Origin: an uncultured delta proteobacterium
Lineage (GTDB): Bacteria; Desulfobacterota; Binatia; UBA9968
DNA length: 64,000 bases
Assembly (NCBI GenBank): GCA_963727625.1
Contig: CAVSHR010000005.1
Location: 1,024,001 to 1,088,000 of the forward strand
Direction of reading: 5' to 3'
Both the position numbers and the translations under genes were made by a program. Shown here piece after piece: positions 59,331 to 64,000 of the stretch. Under the pieces are notes generated by a model. That model saw only the letters and a program-made list of their open reading frames with translations, was not told where the DNA came from and did no database searches. Within the stretch, counting starts at the first letter, position 1. The number at the start of each line of letters is the position of its first letter.

Positions 59331-59366
59331 ATGCTATTTTTGCATAGACCTATGCACCTTTTGCAT
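59331..59366. promoter_or_regulatory. Tandem LysR-type boxes (ATGC-N7-GCAT x2)
   Basis: ATGCTATTTTTGCAT (59331-59345) and ATGCACCTTTTGCAT (59352-59366) between the divergent RHS and LysR genes. Confidence 0.75.
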
Positions 59367-59700
59367 GAATCGATTCCGGCCCGTTGCCTTTGGCGGGGGA
59401 ATTAGGCGGAGAGAAGCGGACGAAATAATGAGGCTTGCAGCAAGAAATTTAAATTGTTGCCCAATCGAAATAACGCAACCTTGGTTGCATCTCGTGTCAA
59501 CCAGGATTGCGGATATGTAAACCAGAGTTGCTCCAGTTTATCTGCCTTCATTTTGCAACTTTCGAAACTTTCACGACTCGGGAGTCGGTTCCTCTCTATT
59601 TACGGGTTGGTATGACATTTGCGTTTTTGTGCGGGCAAAGTCCGAGGTTGTTCAAATAACTTGCAGAAATATTCATAGTCATCGTGAAGGAAATTGTGGC

Positions 59701-60678
59701 ATGACTCTCGATAGAATTCGATTATTCATTTGTGTCGCTAAGAATCGGAGCATTAGCCAGGCGGCACGCGAGCTTGGCATTAGCCAATGCGCGGCCTCCC
59801 GTAAACTGCAACAGCTTGAAGTCAAGGTTTCCTCCAAGCTGTTCGAGAGAAAAGGAGGCGGCATGGAACTGACCGCTTCGGGTCGGACGTTTCGGCATGA
59901 AGTCTCGTCGCTCTGGTCACAGTTTGAAGAGTTGGAGAAAAGATATACTCCGAGCCGAGATTCTCTCACCATCGCGGCCAGTCATCGTCCCTCGAAATAC
60001 CTACTGCCGAGGCTAATGATAGAGTTTAGTAAAATGCGTCCTTCGGCGAAATTGACTTTACTCACCCGGAGCAGCGTGGAAATTGAGAAACTGCTGTTGG
60101 AGTCCAGAGTTGATCTCGCGATCACCAACAATGTTAATATGTCAGGTACGGCCTTTTTCACCGAGCCCTATTCTAGCGAGCCACTAACCGCATTCGTTGC
60201 AACGAGCCATCCATTGGCGAAAATGAAATTTGTGCAAGCGTCGAACGTGGGCACGGTTCCGCTCATCGTCAAATGTCGACGCGAGGGTGAAAGCAGGGTT
60301 GAGGCACAGCTGGGAAAATTTGAGAAAGGAGGAATGAAATTCAAAGTCGTGATGCGCTGCGAGTCTCCCGACGTGGTCAAGGAATTTGTCAGACACGGGG
60401 CGGGTGTAGGGATCCTGTATTATGATTCAATCAAACGGGGAATAGAGCGTGGGGAATTTAATGCGATCCAATTCCCACGGTTCGATCTCAAGGGGCAAAA
60501 TTACATTGTTTACTCCAAGGACAGGCCGCTCTCCCCTCTGGCACGGGAGTTTCTATCGCTGCTGCGCGCTTCGGTGGCGCAGAATGCGCCGATCAAACCG
60601 ATGGTGCCTCAGATCTCGTACCGACGCGACAACGGTGGGGCACGGGATCACATTCTCCGATCCAAACTTCTATACTGA
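59701..60678 (+). CDS. LysR-family transcriptional regulator
   Basis: [29 protein letters not shown]....LFER HTH, substrate-binding domain. Confidence 0.93.
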   Translation: MTLDRIRLFICVAKNRSISQAARELGISQCAASRKLQQLEVKVSSKLFERKGGGMELTASGRTFRHEVSSLWSQFEELEKRYTPSRDSLTIAASHRPSKYLLPRLMIEFSKMRPSAKLTLLTRSSVEIEKLLLESRVDLAITNNVNMSGTAFFTEPYSSEPLTAFVATSHPLAKMKFVQASNVGTVPLIVKCRREGESRVEAQLGKFEKGGMKFKVVMRCESPDVVKEFVRHGAGVGILYYDSIKRGIERGEFNAIQFPRFDLKGQNYIVYSKDRPLSPLAREFLSLLRASVAQNAPIKPMVPQISYRRDNGGARDHILRSKLLY

Positions 60679-60790
60679 ATCGCTTCGGCGATGTAGGATA
60701 CTTGAATCTCTTCCGCGCCAGTGAGATCGGCGACGGTACGGCCAACTTTGAGGACGCGGCCGTAGACTCTGGCGCTTAAGCCCAGCAGAC
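60648..60790 (-). pseudogene. comM: 3' remnant of comM/yifB (Mg-chelatase-like AAA ATPase)
   Basis: [45 protein letters not shown]. Confidence 0.8.
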
Positions 60791-60936
60791 AAGGCACTTC
60801 GGTTTGAATATCGATGCGATCGAGCCGGAAACTTTCGACCGGCAACGTTAAAATTGCAGCGGCGTGCAGCGGCGTTCTTTCTGCGGGTCGTGAGCGCACC
60901 GCGGCGGCATCTCGGCGCTTCCGCCGAGTCGCCTTT

Positions 60937-62154
60937 TCATTCGTACCGCAGCGCTTCGATGGGATCGAGTTGCGCGGCCTTTTTGGCCGGATAAAAACCG
61001 AAGAAGACGCCGACGGCGCCGGAAAAGACAAAAGCGATGGCGACGATCGCCGGGCTGATCAGGGTCGGCCAGTGGGCCCATTCTTTGAGGACTTCGGAGC
61101 TGCCGATGCCAAGCATAATACCGATGACTCCGCCCGTAGCGGCCATGACCACGGCCTCGACGAGGAACTGCAGCATGATGTCGCGGCTGCGCGCGCCGAC
61201 GGCCATGCGAATGCCGATCTCGCGCGTGCGCTCGGTGACCGAAACCAACATGATGTTCATGATGCCGATGCCGCCGACCAACAGGGAAATCGACGCCACG
61301 CTGCCGAGCAAAACGGTCATAACACGCGCCGTGGTCGATGCCGCTTCAGCGATATCGGACAGGTTGCGCACGGTGAAGTCATCAACGCGGTCCGGCCCGA
61401 TACGATGGCGCTGGCGCAGCAACAAGACGATCTGTTCCGCCGCTTCCTGGACGCGCTCGGCTCTGATCGCCTTAACCATGACGGTCTGCACCCAGGTGAT
61501 GCGCAAGAGGCGCTTTTGCATGGTCGTGAAGGGCACCATCACGGTATCGTCTTGATCGGTGCCTTGACCGGTCTGACCTTTGGCCGTGAGCACGCCGACG
61601 ATACGGAACGGAATATTTCTTATCCGGATCACAGCGTCGATGGGATCGTCGTTGCCGAAGAGCTGACGCACGACGGTTTCGCCAACCACTGCTACTTTGG
61701 CGGCGCTATCGACATCGCCCTGGTGGAAAAAACGCCCCTGCGCGACCTCCCAGTCGCGAATTTGCTGGATCTCCGGCGCCACTCCCTGTATCAAAGTTCC
61801 CCAGTTAAGGTTGCCGGCGATCACCTGCTCCTGGCGGCGCACGATCGGCGAGGTAAACGCGACCGAAGGCAGCTCGCGCACTATCGCTTTGGCGTCGCCG
61901 TCGACCAAGGTCCTCACGGCGCCGCTGCCGAAGCGGACGCCGCCCGTGACGTTGCTCCCGGGCAAGATGATCAACACGTTGGTGCCGAGGCTGGCGATCT
62001 GCGCGCGAATGGTCGCCTTGGCGCCCTCACCGATCGCCACCATGGCGATCACCGCGCCGACGCCGATGATAATTCCGAGCATGGTTAAAAAGGCCCTTAG
62101 CTTGTTGCGCGCCAGGGCGCGAAGGGCGATCCGGAAGGTCATCAGCCACTGCAT
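60937..62154 (-). CDS. MacB-type ABC transporter permease
   Basis: [44 protein letters not shown]. Confidence 0.95.
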   Translation of the reverse strand: MQWLMTFRIALRALARNKLRAFLTMLGIIIGVGAVIAMVAIGEGAKATIRAQIASLGTNVLIILPGSNVTGGVRFGSGAVRTLVDGDAKAIVRELPSVAFTSPIVRRQEQVIAGNLNWGTLIQGVAPEIQQIRDWEVAQGRFFHQGDVDSAAKVAVVGETVVRQLFGNDDPIDAVIRIRNIPFRIVGVLTAKGQTGQGTDQDDTVMVPFTTMQKRLLRITWVQTVMVKAIRAERVQEAAEQIVLLLRQRHRIGPDRVDDFTVRNLSDIAEAASTTARVMTVLLGSVASISLLVGGIGIMNIMLVSVTERTREIGIRMAVGARSRDIMLQFLVEAVVMAATGGVIGIMLGIGSSEVLKEWAHWPTLISPAIVAIAFVFSGAVGVFFGFYPAKKAAQLDPIEALRYE

Positions 62155-62868
62155 TTAATGCCCCGCCGCGATCATCACCGCGCGGTTCGGCCGATCGGAA
62201 ATCACTAAGCCATCTTTGAAGGCGATTTGTCTCTCGGCATGGTCGGCGATATCCGGTTCATGGGTGACGAGGATGATGGTGATTCCCTGCTCGCGGTTCA
62301 GCCGTTGGAAGAGCGCCATGATTTCCCCGCTGGTCGCCGAATCGAGATTGCCGGTCGGCTCGTCCGCGAGTATCAACGATGGCCGATTGACCAGCGCCCG
62401 CGCGATGGCGACCCGCTGCTGCTGCCCGCCGGACAGTCGGTTCGGGGTGTGATCGAGGCGCTCGCCCAGCCCGACCAAACCCAACACTTCCACCGCGCGG
62501 GCTTGCCGCTCCACGCCGTGAAATCCGTTGTACATCATTGGCAGCTCGACGTTCTCCAGCGCCGTGGTGCGCGATAGCAAGTTGAATCCCTGAAAGACAA
62601 AACCGATACGCTTGTTGCGGATATGGGCCCACTGGTCCGGCGACAGCGAGCCCACTTCTTCCTGCTCCAGAAAATATTTGCCCATGGTTGGCCGGTCGAG
62701 ACAACCGAGGATGTTCATGAAGGTCGACTTGCCCGAGCCCGACGAGCCCATCACGGCGACGAACTCGCCGCGCTCGATCGTCAGGTTGATGCCGCGCAGC
62801 GCCGGCACTTCGACATCGCCCATGCGATAGACCTTGTGCAGCTCCTCGACCCGGATCAGCTCGCTCAT
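62155..62868 (-). CDS. MacB/LolD-type ABC ATP-binding protein
   Basis: GSSGSGKS, LSGGQQQR, LADEPTGNLD. Confidence 0.95.
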   Translation of the reverse strand: MSELIRVEELHKVYRMGDVEVPALRGINLTIERGEFVAVMGSSGSGKSTFMNILGCLDRPTMGKYFLEQEEVGSLSPDQWAHIRNKRIGFVFQGFNLLSRTTALENVELPMMYNGFHGVERQARAVEVLGLVGLGERLDHTPNRLSGGQQQRVAIARALVNRPSLILADEPTGNLDSATSGEIMALFQRLNREQGITIILVTHEPDIADHAERQIAFKDGLVISDRPNRAVMIAAGH

Positions 62869-64000
62869 CGGAACCCTAGGCGCGGCCGGGTAGTCTGAAA
62901 GGGATTAATCACGGCTTGGCTCCGGCCGGTGGCGCTACCTGACATGCCGATGATAACCAAATCTTTTTCGTTGATTGGCCCGCTGATCACCTCGGACTTG
63001 GAACCGTCGGTGATGCCGAGCTGCACGTCCACCGCTTGGGCTTGGTTGTCCTTCAGCACGTAGATCTTGGCCTGGCGCCGCCGCCGCACGCCGCCGCCTC
63101 CACCACCCCCGGGCCGGCTCGTCCGCCGTGCGCCGACCCGCGATACGGCGCGGTTACGCTGCGGCGCAACGCCTCCTGCGCTTCGTTCTTATCTTCCGGC
63201 AGTTTGAAGCGCATGGCCATGTTGGGGATGGTCAACACATCCTCCTTTTCGCTGACCAGAAACTGCACGTTGGCGGTCATGCCGGGCTTGAGCAAGAGTT
63301 CCTTATTATCGATCCGCACCACGGCGTCGTAGGTCACCACGTTCTGGACGATGTTCGGTGCGTTGCGCACTTGAAAAACCTTGCCGCGAAAGCGCCGCGC
63401 TGGAAAGGCATCGACCGTGAAGCTCACCTGCTGGCCGTCCCGAACGTTACCGACATCGGCTTCGTCGACGCTGGTGTGCACCTCCATTTTCGCCAGATCA
63501 TTGGCGATGGTGAATAACGTCGGCGCCTGCAGCGATGCCGCCACGGTCTGGCCCACGTCGACGTTGCGCGAAATCACGATGCCATCGACCGGCGAGCGGA
63601 TGACCGTGTTGTTGAGATCCACCGTGGCCTGAGTCAACCCCGCCTGGGCCTGCACGGTTTGCGCTTGATTGACGTTCAACTGCGCCAGCGCGGCATCGTG
63701 GGCGGTCTGCGCCGCGTCCAAATCGCTCTGCGCCATCAACTCTTTTTTGCGCAACTCCCGGTTGCGCTCCAGCGTGCGCCGGGTATCGGCGACCACGACT
63801 TTGGCCTTGGCGTAATTCGCCTGCGCCGCCAAAAGGTTGGCGCGCGCCTGATCGACGGCGGCCTTGAACTTGTCTTGATTGAGTTGTGAGATCACCTGGC
63901 CGGCCTTTACTTTGGTATTGAAGTCCGCAGACAATTTATCGATGGTCCCCGACACTTGGCTGCCCACTTGAACCGTGACCACCGCTTGTAGAGTCCCGGT
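62865..64000 (-). CDS. MacA-type efflux membrane fusion protein (5' truncated by the window; apparent frameshift near 63105)
   Basis: VQVGSQVSG, SPVDG, GQTVAASLQAPTLF, VDEADVG, LKPGMTA. The C-terminus continues in another frame after a G run. Confidence 0.88.

Overview
This is a GC-rich bacterial window. The many amidohydrolases, NitT/TauT binding-protein remnants and short-period intergenic hairpins suggest a Binatia/deltaproteobacterial-like soil or sediment MAG (inference only). It has three parts. (1) 3.8-16.3 kb: a tightly coupled minus-strand operon encoding an Rrf2 regulator, an NfnB/GltD-like FAD/FeS NAD(P) oxidoreductase, Rieske, cytochrome b, a heptaheme cytochrome c, a Tat-exported Nitrospira/anammox-type NxrA/pNarG, NxrB, a gamma subunit and a chaperone. 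It has a sigma54-type promoter and an operator-like palindrome, and is bracketed by two decayed copies of the same CMD-family gene. (2) 17-45 kb: ordinary metabolic and housekeeping genes (amidohydrolases, aldolase, DUF885, nfo, a sigma54 two-component system, VIT1, peroxiredoxin, TetR, an ABC transporter, paaFGHJ-like genes, AsmA, rnr). (3) 45.3-60.8 kb: an accessory island with a secreted RHS toxin carrying a colicin-M-like tip and lipoprotein immunity, an orphan RHS cassette made from a ~992-bp duplication, and a third truncated cassette. These modules and a diheme cytochrome gene are separated by REP-associated tyrosine transposase (RAYT) elements or their isolated ends (GGGGTCAA..TGGAGTT inverted termini). 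An IS1182-like element is inserted in one RAYT end. The island also has a LysR gene with tandem boxes and a comM 3' remnant at its edge. A MacAB-type exporter runs off the right end. All calls come from reading motifs by eye; no database searches were run.
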